A stretch of 64,000 nucleotides of DNA from a virus. Position numbers and translations under genes: made by a program. The stretch is from positions 64,001 to 128,000 of IMG/VR virus record IMGVR_UViG_3300035670_010555; one strand, given 5' to 3'. The number at the start of each line of letters is the position of its first letter. Positions within the stretch are counted from its first letter, which is position 1. Positions 20,199-29,748 of the stretch are shown piece after piece. The notes beneath the pieces are model-generated. The model saw nothing but the letters and a program-made list of their open reading frames with translations, did no database searches and had not been told where the DNA came from.

Positions 20199-21025
20199 AA
20201 AGTTCAGTAATATTATCATCACGGAACGATAACTATGGGGGTAATCTTCACAAAAGAACAACCATGGCGTTAACCTCATTAATTGAAAACCATGATGAAG
20301 TGATTTTTGTTGATTGGAAAACTGTTAATGGTGATGGAGTTATTTCAAATATCAAACATAATATACCTCACACTAAAAAATTAAAATCCATTCAAGTTTC
20401 TAAAGATTTATTAAAATCAAAATATCCTAATATTGCAAATTATACAATAATTGAATCAATTGGGAGAAATATTGGGGTACGTAGGGCGCAAAATGAATAT
20501 ATAGTGTCAACAAATATAGATATTGTATCAACCCCTTTAGATTTTAATACTTTAGACGTTAATTCATTTTACACAGTATCTAGACGAGATGTTAATGAAT
20601 CCCTTCATCTTTCTTTTGAAAATTACCAATCTCTATATTCTCATTTGATTTCAAACAAAGATTCTTTTTCCCCAAAAGAAAAAATATCCAACGAAAATGA
20701 CCGTTGGTCCTTAATCATTTGCCCAGGTGATTATCAAATTGGACATAGAGATATTTGGTATAAAATGAAAGGGTTTGAGGAGTCCGTTTTGTTTGGATGT
20801 GGGATTGATACAAACGTGATGAAAAAAGCGTCGTGGTATTCAGAACTGAAAGTTTTAGAACATTACATATTTCATCTTAATCATGGAAAACATTCACAAA
20901 GAGATGATGATGAAACCATACCTCCAATGTCAGATCAAAATAGTATAATAAAAGATTTTATTGAAACAACTAATTCTGAAAATTGGGGGATGTTCAATGA
21001 AGATTTACCAATTGAAATAATATGA
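20195..21025 (+). CDS. GT2-like (GT-A) protein
   Basis: RNDNYGG, VDW, RNIGVRRA, TNIDI, GFEE, HLNH. Confidence 0.6.
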   Translation: MKSSVILSSRNDNYGGNLHKRTTMALTSLIENHDEVIFVDWKTVNGDGVISNIKHNIPHTKKLKSIQVSKDLLKSKYPNIANYTIIESIGRNIGVRRAQNEYIVSTNIDIVSTPLDFNTLDVNSFYTVSRRDVNESLHLSFENYQSLYSHLISNKDSFSPKEKISNENDRWSLIICPGDYQIGHRDIWYKMKGFEESVLFGCGIDTNVMKKASWYSELKVLEHYIFHLNHGKHSQRDDDETIPPMSDQNSIIKDFIETTNSENWGMFNEDLPIEII

Positions 21026-21660
21026 GTGTATCAAAGTCAATTTTAATTATCGGAGGGTCAGCGGGAGCAAAAATCGCCACAAATATATTTAAGATGACTC
21101 ACCCACATCACATACTATATTATGTTGAATGTTATGCCGATGAAATCCAAACAAACAGATTATATACCACTGTTGAAAAATCTTTAGACCATATCAATGT
21201 TCCGAATGTAGATTATTTCATTGCGACTGGAGATAATGAAAAAAGAAAAGAACATTACAAACTTATTAAAGGGTACACAAAGAAAGAGCCCCTGAACTGT
21301 ATTCATCCAATGGCGGTTGTTGAAACCAAAAGAATCGGTCATGGGAATTTAGTTTGCCCAAAGGCCGTTATCCATATTGATTCGGTAATAGGTAATTGTA
21401 CTATCATTAATACTTCATCAATTATTGAACACGATTGTTATGTGGGAGATTTTTCACAAATTTCTCCGAATACAACAGTTTGCGGATACGTTAAAATTGG
21501 AAATAATTGTTTCATAAGTGCAGGTAGTACAATAATTCCAAAAATTAGTATTGGTGATAATTCGGTGGTAGCCGCAGGATCGGTGGTAATAGATGATATT
21601 CCATCAGACGTAATGGTTGCAGGAGTGCCATCCAAAATCAAGAAACAACTCAAACAATGA
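21022..21660 (+). CDS. PglD/NeuD-type sugar N/O-acetyltransferase (left-handed beta helix)
   Basis: IHP.A, EHDC, hexapeptide repeats, AGVP. Confidence 0.85.
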   Translation: MSVSKSILIIGGSAGAKIATNIFKMTHPHHILYYVECYADEIQTNRLYTTVEKSLDHINVPNVDYFIATGDNEKRKEHYKLIKGYTKKEPLNCIHPMAVVETKRIGHGNLVCPKAVIHIDSVIGNCTIINTSSIIEHDCYVGDFSQISPNTTVCGYVKIGNNCFISAGSTIIPKISIGDNSVVAAGSVVIDDIPSDVMVAGVPSKIKKQLKQ

Positions 21661-22820
21661 AAAACTTTTTAATACCTATTTTCAGATTGAAATTTGATTT
21701 TTTTTCAAAACTAAAATTTTTGAAAGGGTCTTGGGATATACTATCATCAGATAGACCTTTAGGAGAATCAAAATATACAAAACAATTCGAAGACAGATTT
21801 GCTGAAATGAGTAAATCGAAATTTGCGCTTGCATGTTCAAATGGGACTACCGCAATAGAACTGGCTCTCAAATCGTTGGATGTTAAAGGTAAAAAAGTGT
21901 TAATTCCATCAAATACTTTTTTTGCAACAAGCGTTGCGGTTACAAATGCAGGTGCTTCGATTGAATTACTGGACATGGAACCAAAATCGTTTTCAATCGA
22001 TTACAAAGATTTAGAAAGAAAACTCAATCCTGAAATTGGAGCGGTGATTATCGTTCATATAGGAGGTATTATAAGTCACGATATTAAAAAAATTGTGAGT
22101 ATTTGTAAGAAACACAAAGTACCTTTAATTGAGGACGCCGCTCACGCCCACTTTTCATCTAATGGAAAATATCATGCAGGAACTATTGGTGATATCGGTA
22201 CTTTTTCATTTTTTCCCACAAAAGTTATGACTACCGGTGAAGGTGGTATGATAACTACAAACAACAAAAAATATTATGAAAAAATGAAATCATTAAAAAA
22301 TTTCGGAAGAGATATTAATGATGGTGGGATAATTATAAACCCTGAAGGTAATAATTTTAAGATAAATGAATTCACTTCACTTTTAGGTTGTATTGAATTA
22401 GATCGTGTATTGGATAGAATACAAAAAAGAACAACTCTACTTGAAAGATACAAACAAAAATTAAAAAACACAAAGTATCAAGTAATCGGTCAAGATGGAG
22501 AAGGAATTTGCGCGAACTATAAGGCTATTGTTACTACTCCAATCGAAGGAGATTGGCTAAAACAATATTGTAAAGAAAGAAAAATTACTCTTACAGGTGA
22601 AGTATATAAAATTCCGATTCATCATCAACCATTATATAAAAAACAATTTACCTCTGTAAATTTACCAAATACAGATTATTATTGTAAACATCACATTTGT
22701 CCACCATTATATCCTGAATTAACATTGGAAGAGGTTGATTATATTTGTGATGTTCTAAAACAAGCCCACATAGACTATGAAAAACAGAGTAGCAAAGTTA
22801 ACTCAAATTCGAAAAATTGA
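21657..22820 (+). CDS. DegT/DnrJ/EryC1/StrS sugar aminotransferase
   Basis: NGTTA, EDAAHA, SFFPTKVMTTGEGG. Confidence 0.9.
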   Translation: MKNFLIPIFRLKFDFFSKLKFLKGSWDILSSDRPLGESKYTKQFEDRFAEMSKSKFALACSNGTTAIELALKSLDVKGKKVLIPSNTFFATSVAVTNAGASIELLDMEPKSFSIDYKDLERKLNPEIGAVIIVHIGGIISHDIKKIVSICKKHKVPLIEDAAHAHFSSNGKYHAGTIGDIGTFSFFPTKVMTTGEGGMITTNNKKYYEKMKSLKNFGRDINDGGIIINPEGNNFKINEFTSLLGCIELDRVLDRIQKRTTLLERYKQKLKNTKYQVIGQDGEGICANYKAIVTTPIEGDWLKQYCKERKITLTGEVYKIPIHHQPLYKKQFTSVNLPNTDYYCKHHICPPLYPELTLEEVDYICDVLKQAHIDYEKQSSKVNSNSKN

Positions 22821-23805
22821 AATTTTTGAAGAAGAAATTCCAAAATTAAAAGAAGGTCAACTACTTGTTGCCATGAAATCCGTAGGAATTTGTGGGTCAG
22901 ACATGCATTATTTCAAAGAAGGAGGACTGGGCTCTTTCAAAAATCCATTACCGATGTATATGGGTCATGAACCGTCAGGTGTAGTTGTTGATTCAAACGG
23001 TTCAAGTAAGTTTAATGATGGAGACCGAGTTGCGGTGGAACCGGGAATGCCATGTGTCACTTCCTATTGGTCATTAAAAGGAAAACATAATTTATGTGAA
23101 AAAGGTACCTTTATGGGTGCTAACTCACAAGGTGCCTTTGCGGATTATGTAGTTGTGGAAGAATTACAACTAGTCAAAATTCCTGATTCAATGTCGTTCA
23201 ATTTGGCAAGTTTATTAGAACCACTTGGAGTATGTCTTCATACCGCAAACTTAATTAAACCAAAGTTCACAGAATCTGCAGCGATATTTGGAGCAGGTCC
23301 AATCGGATTGTGTATGTTTTCTATTTTGAAAAAAATGGGCCTTAAAGATATATACATGATTGACAAATTACCATACAGGGTGGATTTTGCAAAAAAGTTC
23401 GGGGCTAAAGAATCTTTTTTATTAGCCGAGGATTATAATAAAAAAATTAAAGAATTAACTCACGGGATGGGTACCACGTTAACCATTGATACTGGAGGGA
23501 CAACCGATTCTATCGATGGATGTATTAATGTTGCCTCGGTTAATGGACGAGTTGCTTTGATAGGAATTCCTGAGGCGGATTTTGTATCATACAATCCTCA
23601 TAGGATGAGAACGAAAGAGTTAACAATTAAAAATGTTCGTAGATCTAATCAAACATTAGATGATTGTGTGGTAAACTATACTGGAGATGAAGAAATCGAA
23701 AAAATAGTATCACATGAATTTACATTCGAAGATATTCAAAAAGCATTTGACACAGTCGCCGACTACAAAGATGAAATATTAAAGTGTATCATAACTAATA
23801 ACTAA
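22777..23805 (+). CDS. Zn-dependent alcohol/polyol dehydrogenase (sorbitol-dehydrogenase-like)
   Basis: GICGSDMH, GHE, GDRVAVEP, GAGPIG. Confidence 0.85.
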   Translation: MKNRVAKLTQIRKIEIFEEEIPKLKEGQLLVAMKSVGICGSDMHYFKEGGLGSFKNPLPMYMGHEPSGVVVDSNGSSKFNDGDRVAVEPGMPCVTSYWSLKGKHNLCEKGTFMGANSQGAFADYVVVEELQLVKIPDSMSFNLASLLEPLGVCLHTANLIKPKFTESAAIFGAGPIGLCMFSILKKMGLKDIYMIDKLPYRVDFAKKFGAKESFLLAEDYNKKIKELTHGMGTTLTIDTGGTTDSIDGCINVASVNGRVALIGIPEADFVSYNPHRMRTKELTIKNVRRSNQTLDDCVVNYTGDEEIEKIVSHEFTFEDIQKAFDTVADYKDEILKCIITNN

Positions 23806-23806
23806 A

Positions 23807-24415
23807 ATGAAATTGAACTTAGATTATTTTGGTGACCCGAGATGGAGAGAAATGTCGGATTCACATAAAAAAAATTTACCAATACCTAATCTTTTTTTAT
23901 CAATACTATATAAGTACCAAGATAAAATTCCAAACCTAAATGATATTAAATTTGCGATTGAGACCGGTACTCACAATGCAAGAACATCTATTTTTTTAGC
24001 TGAACATTTTGATGTGGTATTTACTGTCGAACTATACCCCGACAAAAACCCATATGATGGAATAGATTATAGAAATCATTATCAAGAAATTAATAAAAAA
24101 TTTCAAAATTTAACATTTCTTTTCGGGACTTCTGAAGATTCGATAAAATCAGTACTCAATGAACTACCCAATGAAAGATTTTTCATTTTATTAGACGCTC
24201 ATAACTTGTTGAATGGCCCTTTGAGAGAAGAATTAAAAGCAATAAAAATGAACAGTAATCGTAACGACCATGTTATGTTAATTGATGATTGTCGAGATTT
24301 GGGACAAGGAAATTTTCCAACTTTGATTGAATTCGAATCATTAATCCGAGATATCAACCCAAATTATAATATATTAAATACTGAGGAGGGTAATCACATT
24401 TACTTAATTTATTAA
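23807..24415 (+). CDS. Putative SAM-dependent methyltransferase
   Basis: IETGT, TVEL, LDAH, LIDD. Confidence 0.55.
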   Translation: MKLNLDYFGDPRWREMSDSHKKNLPIPNLFLSILYKYQDKIPNLNDIKFAIETGTHNARTSIFLAEHFDVVFTVELYPDKNPYDGIDYRNHYQEINKKFQNLTFLFGTSEDSIKSVLNELPNERFFILLDAHNLLNGPLREELKAIKMNSNRNDHVMLIDDCRDLGQGNFPTLIEFESLIRDINPNYNILNTEEGNHIYLIY

Positions 24416-24416
24416 A

Positions 24417-25352
24417 ATGAAAAAATTTATTATAACAACCACAATCAATAACCCGACTGAGGCGACACTTAAATTCTGTAAAATTGCAGATAAAAAAGAT
24501 TTTACCTTCGTAATTGTCGGAGATACTAAAACTCCTCACGAATTATATCAACAATTAGAATCCGATTTTCAAAATGTTTTATATCTAGACCCTGAATATC
24601 AAGCGGAATTATATCCTGAATTATCGGAAATAATTGGATGGAAAACCATCCAAAGACGTAACATCGGATTTGTATACGCTTACCAAAATGGAGCTGAAAT
24701 TGTTGCAACCGTTGATGATGATAATATCCCATATGATAGTTGGGGTGACAACATCTTATTGAATCAGGAAATTGAAGTTGATGAATTTGAAAACTTATCC
24801 TGTCCTTATTTTGATGCAATATCAACCACAGAACATAATGATTTATGGCACAGAGGATTTCCAATCGAATATCTTCAAGTGAAGAATGACATCGAATATA
24901 AAGGTAAAACTAAAATAACTCCGCTAGTTCAAGCAGAATTTTGGGATGGTGACCCTGATATTGACGCCATTTGTAGATTAAGTAAAAAACCAATAGTGAA
25001 ATTCAAACCTTTTGAACCATTCACAACAAAACAGTTAACACCATTCAACTCACAAAATACATTCTTACATAGAAGTGTTCTTAAGTATTACTCGGTGTTT
25101 CCTTACACAGGTAGAATGGATGATATTTGGGGGGCGTATGTAATGCAACATTACTTCCCTAATTCAGTAATTTTTACAAAGGCATCTGTTTATCAAGCAA
25201 GAAATCCACAAGACCTTGTTAAAAATTTGGAAAATGAAGTGATTGGGTATAGAGGTACTTTGAATCTAATAGACAATATAAAAGATTATAGGGATTTACT
25301 TCCTGAGAAAACTGTCGAATATTTTGACATATACCAAAAATATTTTTTATGA
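24417..25352 (+). CDS. STELLO/DUF288-like (GT75-related) glycosyltransferase
   Basis: TTINNPT, VGDTKTP, RRNIGFVYA, DDDN, DPDIDA, FNSQNT, RMDDIW. Confidence 0.75.
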   Translation: MKKFIITTTINNPTEATLKFCKIADKKDFTFVIVGDTKTPHELYQQLESDFQNVLYLDPEYQAELYPELSEIIGWKTIQRRNIGFVYAYQNGAEIVATVDDDNIPYDSWGDNILLNQEIEVDEFENLSCPYFDAISTTEHNDLWHRGFPIEYLQVKNDIEYKGKTKITPLVQAEFWDGDPDIDAICRLSKKPIVKFKPFEPFTTKQLTPFNSQNTFLHRSVLKYYSVFPYTGRMDDIWGAYVMQHYFPNSVIFTKASVYQARNPQDLVKNLENEVIGYRGTLNLIDNIKDYRDLLPEKTVEYFDIYQKYFL

Positions 25353-25975
25353 AACTAGTAATTGATATCGGAGCAAATGTAGGAAACACTGTAGAACAAT
25401 TTCTGTTAAGCTCGGAAAAAGTAATTTGTTTTGAACCCAACCCTGCATTAGTTAAACATTTAACTCATAGATTTTCTAATAGACCTGTTGTGGTTGATGG
25501 AAGAGGAGTATCTAATAACAAAGGAACACAAACTTTCAAAATTTCGAATGCCAATACTATTTCAACATTCTCTGAAGATTGGATACATAATTCGAGATTT
25601 ACCAATTCTTATAATTGGGATAGAACAGTTGAAGTTCAAACTGTAACATTGGATGACATAATTGATGAATATGGGATTCCCGATTACATTAAAATAGATA
25701 TTGAAGGATATGAATATGAAGTTTTAACTTCATTCTCAAAATTACTTCCTGATACCGTGTTTGCGTTTGAATGGGCGGAAGAACAAAAAGATAAAATTAG
25801 CTCAATCATAAACCATTTGATAAATTTAGGATATCATAAATTCAGTCATACTGAAGCGGATTCAATAAGATTAGATAAAGATATTGATTGGAAATCTTAT
25901 AATGAATTTAACTTACTTCAAGAATTAAACCCTGAAAAAAAAGAAAAGTGGGGTATGATTTACTTCAAAAAATAA
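25349..25975 (+). CDS. FkbM-family methyltransferase
   Basis: DIGANVG, FEPNP, TLD, KIDIEGYE. Confidence 0.9.
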   Translation: MKLVIDIGANVGNTVEQFLLSSEKVICFEPNPALVKHLTHRFSNRPVVVDGRGVSNNKGTQTFKISNANTISTFSEDWIHNSRFTNSYNWDRTVEVQTVTLDDIIDEYGIPDYIKIDIEGYEYEVLTSFSKLLPDTVFAFEWAEEQKDKISSIINHLINLGYHKFSHTEADSIRLDKDIDWKSYNEFNLLQELNPEKKEKWGMIYFKK

Positions 25976-25980
25976 AAAAA

Positions 25981-27075
25981 ATGAAAAAAATTGTAGTTTT
26001 AGGTGGAGGAGGGTTCATAGGTGGGCACCTTGCCAAAAGATTAAAAGAAGAAGGTAATCACGTTAGAATATGTGATATTAAAAAACATGAATATTTCTTT
26101 CAAGATGAAATTTGTCATGAATTCATTTTAGGTGATTTAACGGACCCTAAAGTCGTTGAATTAGTTATCGAAGAAGGTGTTGATGAAGTTTACCAACTTG
26201 CCGCGGATATGGGTGGTGCATTATACATCTTTACGGGTGAACATGATGCAGACGTTATGTACAACTCAGCAACAATCAATCTTAATGTCGCTCGTGAAGC
26301 CGTGAAGAAAAAAGTTGGAAAACTATTTTATTCATCATCGGCCTGTATGTATCCTGAACATAACCAATTAGACCCTGATAACCCTAACTGTGAAGAATCA
26401 TCGGCGTATCCTGCGAATCCTGATTCCGAATACGGATGGGAAAAATTATTTTCAGAAAGATTATATTTGGCATTTAGTAGAAACTATGGATTGAATGTTA
26501 GGGTTGGAAGATTTCATAATATTTTTGGACCACAAGGAACATGGACTGGTGGTAGAGAAAAATCACCAGCGGCTATGTGTAGAAAAGCTGCTGAAACAGA
26601 AGATGGTGGTGAGATAGAAGTTTGGGGTAATGGATTACAAACTCGTTCATTCTTATATGTAGATGAATGTGTTGAAGCGGTAATTAGATTGATGGAATCA
26701 GAATTCGAAGGACCTGTGAATATCGGTAGCGAGGAAATGGTTACGATTAATCAATTAGCTAAAATGGCTATTGATATTGCAGGAAAAGACATCACTATTA
26801 AAAATATTGAAGGGGAAGAATTTGTTCAAAAATATGGATTCAAATGTCCATTAGGAGTAAAAGGTAGAAATTCAGATAACAAATTATATAAAGAAAAAAT
26901 TGGATGGGAAGTTAGCCAACCTTTGTCAGTTGGATTACAAAAAACTTATCAATGGATTAAGACACAAGTTGATAAAAAAAAACTAGAAACTAAATGGATT
27001 TATGAAAGTCCAGATGGAGGGAAAACAATCTATAAAAGAGAACTTATGGATTCTGAAAGACATAAAGTTAAATAA
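25981..27075 (+). CDS. GDP-mannose 3',5'-epimerase-like SDR
   Basis: GGGGFIG, LAADMGG, SSACMYPE, YGWEKL, GGREKSPAAMCRK, GVKGRNSDN; ATG at 25981 preferred over the track start. Confidence 0.85.
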   Translation: MKKIVVLGGGGFIGGHLAKRLKEEGNHVRICDIKKHEYFFQDEICHEFILGDLTDPKVVELVIEEGVDEVYQLAADMGGALYIFTGEHDADVMYNSATINLNVAREAVKKKVGKLFYSSSACMYPEHNQLDPDNPNCEESSAYPANPDSEYGWEKLFSERLYLAFSRNYGLNVRVGRFHNIFGPQGTWTGGREKSPAAMCRKAAETEDGGEIEVWGNGLQTRSFLYVDECVEAVIRLMESEFEGPVNIGSEEMVTINQLAKMAIDIAGKDITIKNIEGEEFVQKYGFKCPLGVKGRNSDNKLYKEKIGWEVSQPLSVGLQKTYQWIKTQVDKKKLETKWIYESPDGGKTIYKRELMDSERHKVK

Positions 27076-27081
27076 TTAAAA

Positions 27082-27816
27082 ATGGGTAGATTAACAAAAC
27101 CAAAACCAACAGCGACTTTACCAAGTGAAGAAGCACCAATTAAAAATAAAAAACAGCAAATCTGTTCCATAATCAAACGAAAAACAAAAGAAAAGTTTTT
27201 ATCTGACAGTCAGAAAGAATATTATGAAAAATTAGTAAATAACCAAATTAGTATTTGTTCGGGGCCTGCGGGTGTGGGAAAAAGTTATATTGCTATGAAA
27301 TGTGCGGTTGATTTGTTATCAGACCCTAATACTCCTTATGAGAAAATCATAATTGTTAGACCCGCAGTTGAAGCTGAAGAAAAATTAGGTAGTTTACCAG
27401 GTGGTGTCGAAGAAAAACTTGACCCATATATTTTTCCATCCTATTATCTATTAAATAAGATAATAGGTAAAGATACTAGAGAAAAATTAAAGGAAATTGA
27501 AGCCATAGAAGTATTTGCATTGGCATATATGAGGGGTATGAATATTGATAATTCTATTTTGATTTTTGAAGAGGCACAAAACTCAACTCCAAGTCAGATG
27601 AAATTATTGTTAACTAGAATTGGATTTAACTCCAAGTTTTTCATATCGGGTGATTTGGATCAATTTGATAGACATAAAGACAAGACTCAAACTGGTTTGT
27701 GGGATGTTTTGAAAAAATTCCAAAACATGAACGATATCGGAGTTTTTGAATTCAAGTCTACAGACATCGTAAGAAACCCATTAATATCAAAAATATTAGA
27801 AAAATACGAAGAATGA
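27082..27816 (+). CDS. phoH: PhoH-family ATPase
   Basis: GPAGVGKS, RPAVE, LGSLPG, YMRG, EAQN, LTRIG, GD..Q, IVRNP. Confidence 0.9.
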   Translation: MGRLTKPKPTATLPSEEAPIKNKKQQICSIIKRKTKEKFLSDSQKEYYEKLVNNQISICSGPAGVGKSYIAMKCAVDLLSDPNTPYEKIIIVRPAVEAEEKLGSLPGGVEEKLDPYIFPSYYLLNKIIGKDTREKLKEIEAIEVFALAYMRGMNIDNSILIFEEAQNSTPSQMKLLLTRIGFNSKFFISGDLDQFDRHKDKTQTGLWDVLKKFQNMNDIGVFEFKSTDIVRNPLISKILEKYEE

Positions 27817-28412
27817 GAATCGGCATTGAATTAAATGGGGTCTTGAGGGATACATTAAAAAAAATACAACAAGAATATGAAAAGTGGTATTTGAACAATC
27901 CATTCAAAGAAGAAAATGAAGAAGATAGTTTTGAGTATGAAGTTTTGTCTGATTTAATATCTTTAGATATTAGGAAACATTTGAAATTCAAAGATGAAGA
28001 CGAGTTGTATGATTTTTTATATAAAGAGCACACAATGGAAATTTTTGGTCACGCTGGTTCAGTAGAGCCTTCAGGACTATTGGACTTGAACGAATTTTAT
28101 TTGGATATGAGAGATTCTCATGATATCATTATTGTTTCGGATGAAATAGGAAAATCAAAACCATCCTCATTATTTTTCATTTCTAAGTTTGGATGTTTAG
28201 TCGAATCGATTAGATTTTATAGTGAAAGTACAATTAATTCATTGTGGGATTCCGTAGACATTTTACTTACCGCAAATCCTAAACTATTATTAGACCATCC
28301 ACAAAACAAAATGGTAATTAAATTCAACACAACGTATAATACTGATGTCGAATCTAATTTTCATATTTCAAGTCTTAAGGAGTTAAAAACAAAAATACAA
28401 GAAATATTATGA
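27813..28412 (+). CDS. 5'(3')-nucleotidase/HAD-like protein, degenerate motif I
   Basis: MRIGIELNGVLRD resembles xIxIDxDGVxxD. Confidence 0.55.
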   Translation: MRIGIELNGVLRDTLKKIQQEYEKWYLNNPFKEENEEDSFEYEVLSDLISLDIRKHLKFKDEDELYDFLYKEHTMEIFGHAGSVEPSGLLDLNEFYLDMRDSHDIIIVSDEIGKSKPSSLFFISKFGCLVESIRFYSESTINSLWDSVDILLTANPKLLLDHPQNKMVIKFNTTYNTDVESNFHISSLKELKTKIQEIL

Positions 28413-28693
28413 TACAGGTATTAGGTGAGAATTATTTTATCGACTTAGATGAAATTGAAAATTATCTCGATATGAGTCAAGCTGACAACGGTGAAGATTC
28501 AGAGTCAGGAATGACAGAAACAAAAATTAATATTATCAAATTCGAAATGGTTAAAATGTTATTAGACACTGTTTTGAATGAACAAGAAATTGTTGACGAA
28601 AAACTTGGAATGAAATCTAACGCACAAGTTAGTATACCTTTTAGGTTAGCATTCAATAGTTTATTAAATAAAAAACTTATCAATCATTATTAA
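28409..28693 (+). CDS. Hypothetical protein
   Basis: Coupled ORF. Confidence 0.6.
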   Translation: MIQVLGENYFIDLDEIENYLDMSQADNGEDSESGMTETKINIIKFEMVKMLLDTVLNEQEIVDEKLGMKSNAQVSIPFRLAFNSLLNKKLINHY

Positions 28694-28694
28694 T

Positions 28695-29747
28695 ATGGAA
28701 AACCAACTTCAAGAAAAAGTAAAACAGTCCATTAAGATATTAAGAGACAAACAAGCTAGAATATATTTTTTAGTTCAGGATACTAAAGGTAACGCAAAGG
28801 CTTCGGTAAGACTCATATATCAAATGGCGAAAGCATTAAAAGATAATGGATTTAATCCAATAATACTTCACGAAAAAGTCGATTATGCAGGAGTTGTTGC
28901 ATGGTTAGATGAAGAATATATGTCAATTCCTCACCGTGCGATTGAAGGACAAAATTTAGAAATTTCTCCAGAGGACTTTTTGGTCATCCCTGAAATTTTT
29001 GGATATGTGATGGAACAAGTAAAACAACTTCCTTGTGCTAAAATTGTGTTAACACAACAATATGCTCACATGTTAGAAACCTTACAGCCAGGTCAAACTT
29101 GGAACCAATTTGGGTTTTTGAAGTGTATTACAACATCAAGTAAACAAATGGAATATATCGAAAGAGTAATGAGACAAATTTCTTTCGATATTATTGATCC
29201 TTTAATTAGTGAAGAATTTACACCTAAATCAAGTCCCGCGATGCCTATCATTGGTGTTCATGCGAAAGAACAAAGTGATGCAATCAATTTGATTAAAACT
29301 TTCTACTTGAAATTCCCTCAGTATCGATGGTTTACGTTTAGAGATTTACGAGGATTGTCTGAAAAAGAGTTTGCAAATTCTTTGAGAGATTGTTTTTTGA
29401 GTGTATGGATTGACGACCATAGTGCGTTTGGTACTTTCCCATTAGAATCTATGAAATCAAATATTCCCGTAATTGGTAAAGTTCCAAACCTTTCACCTGA
29501 TTGGATGAGTGAAGAAAATGGTATTTGGGTTACTGACCAAACTTTATTACCTGATTTAGTTGCAGACTACGCCCAAAATTGGTTAGAAGATAATATTGAC
29601 CCACAAATTTTCGAAAAAATGAAAGAGACCGTTGAAAGATATTCGGATAAACAAAAGTTTGAATCGACCGTAGTTTCCTTATTTGAAGGATATTTGACTA
29701 CAAGAGCAGATTCATTCGAAAATCAAATTTCCAAAACAGAAGAATAA
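28695..29747 (+). CDS. GT-B (GT4-like) glycosyltransferase
   Basis: DFLVIPE, FGTFPLESM...PVIG. Confidence 0.7.
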   Translation: MENQLQEKVKQSIKILRDKQARIYFLVQDTKGNAKASVRLIYQMAKALKDNGFNPIILHEKVDYAGVVAWLDEEYMSIPHRAIEGQNLEISPEDFLVIPEIFGYVMEQVKQLPCAKIVLTQQYAHMLETLQPGQTWNQFGFLKCITTSSKQMEYIERVMRQISFDIIDPLISEEFTPKSSPAMPIIGVHAKEQSDAINLIKTFYLKFPQYRWFTFRDLRGLSEKEFANSLRDCFLSVWIDDHSAFGTFPLESMKSNIPVIGKVPNLSPDWMSEENGIWVTDQTLLPDLVADYAQNWLEDNIDPQIFEKMKETVERYSDKQKFESTVVSLFEGYLTTRADSFENQISKTEE

Positions 29748-29748
29748 T

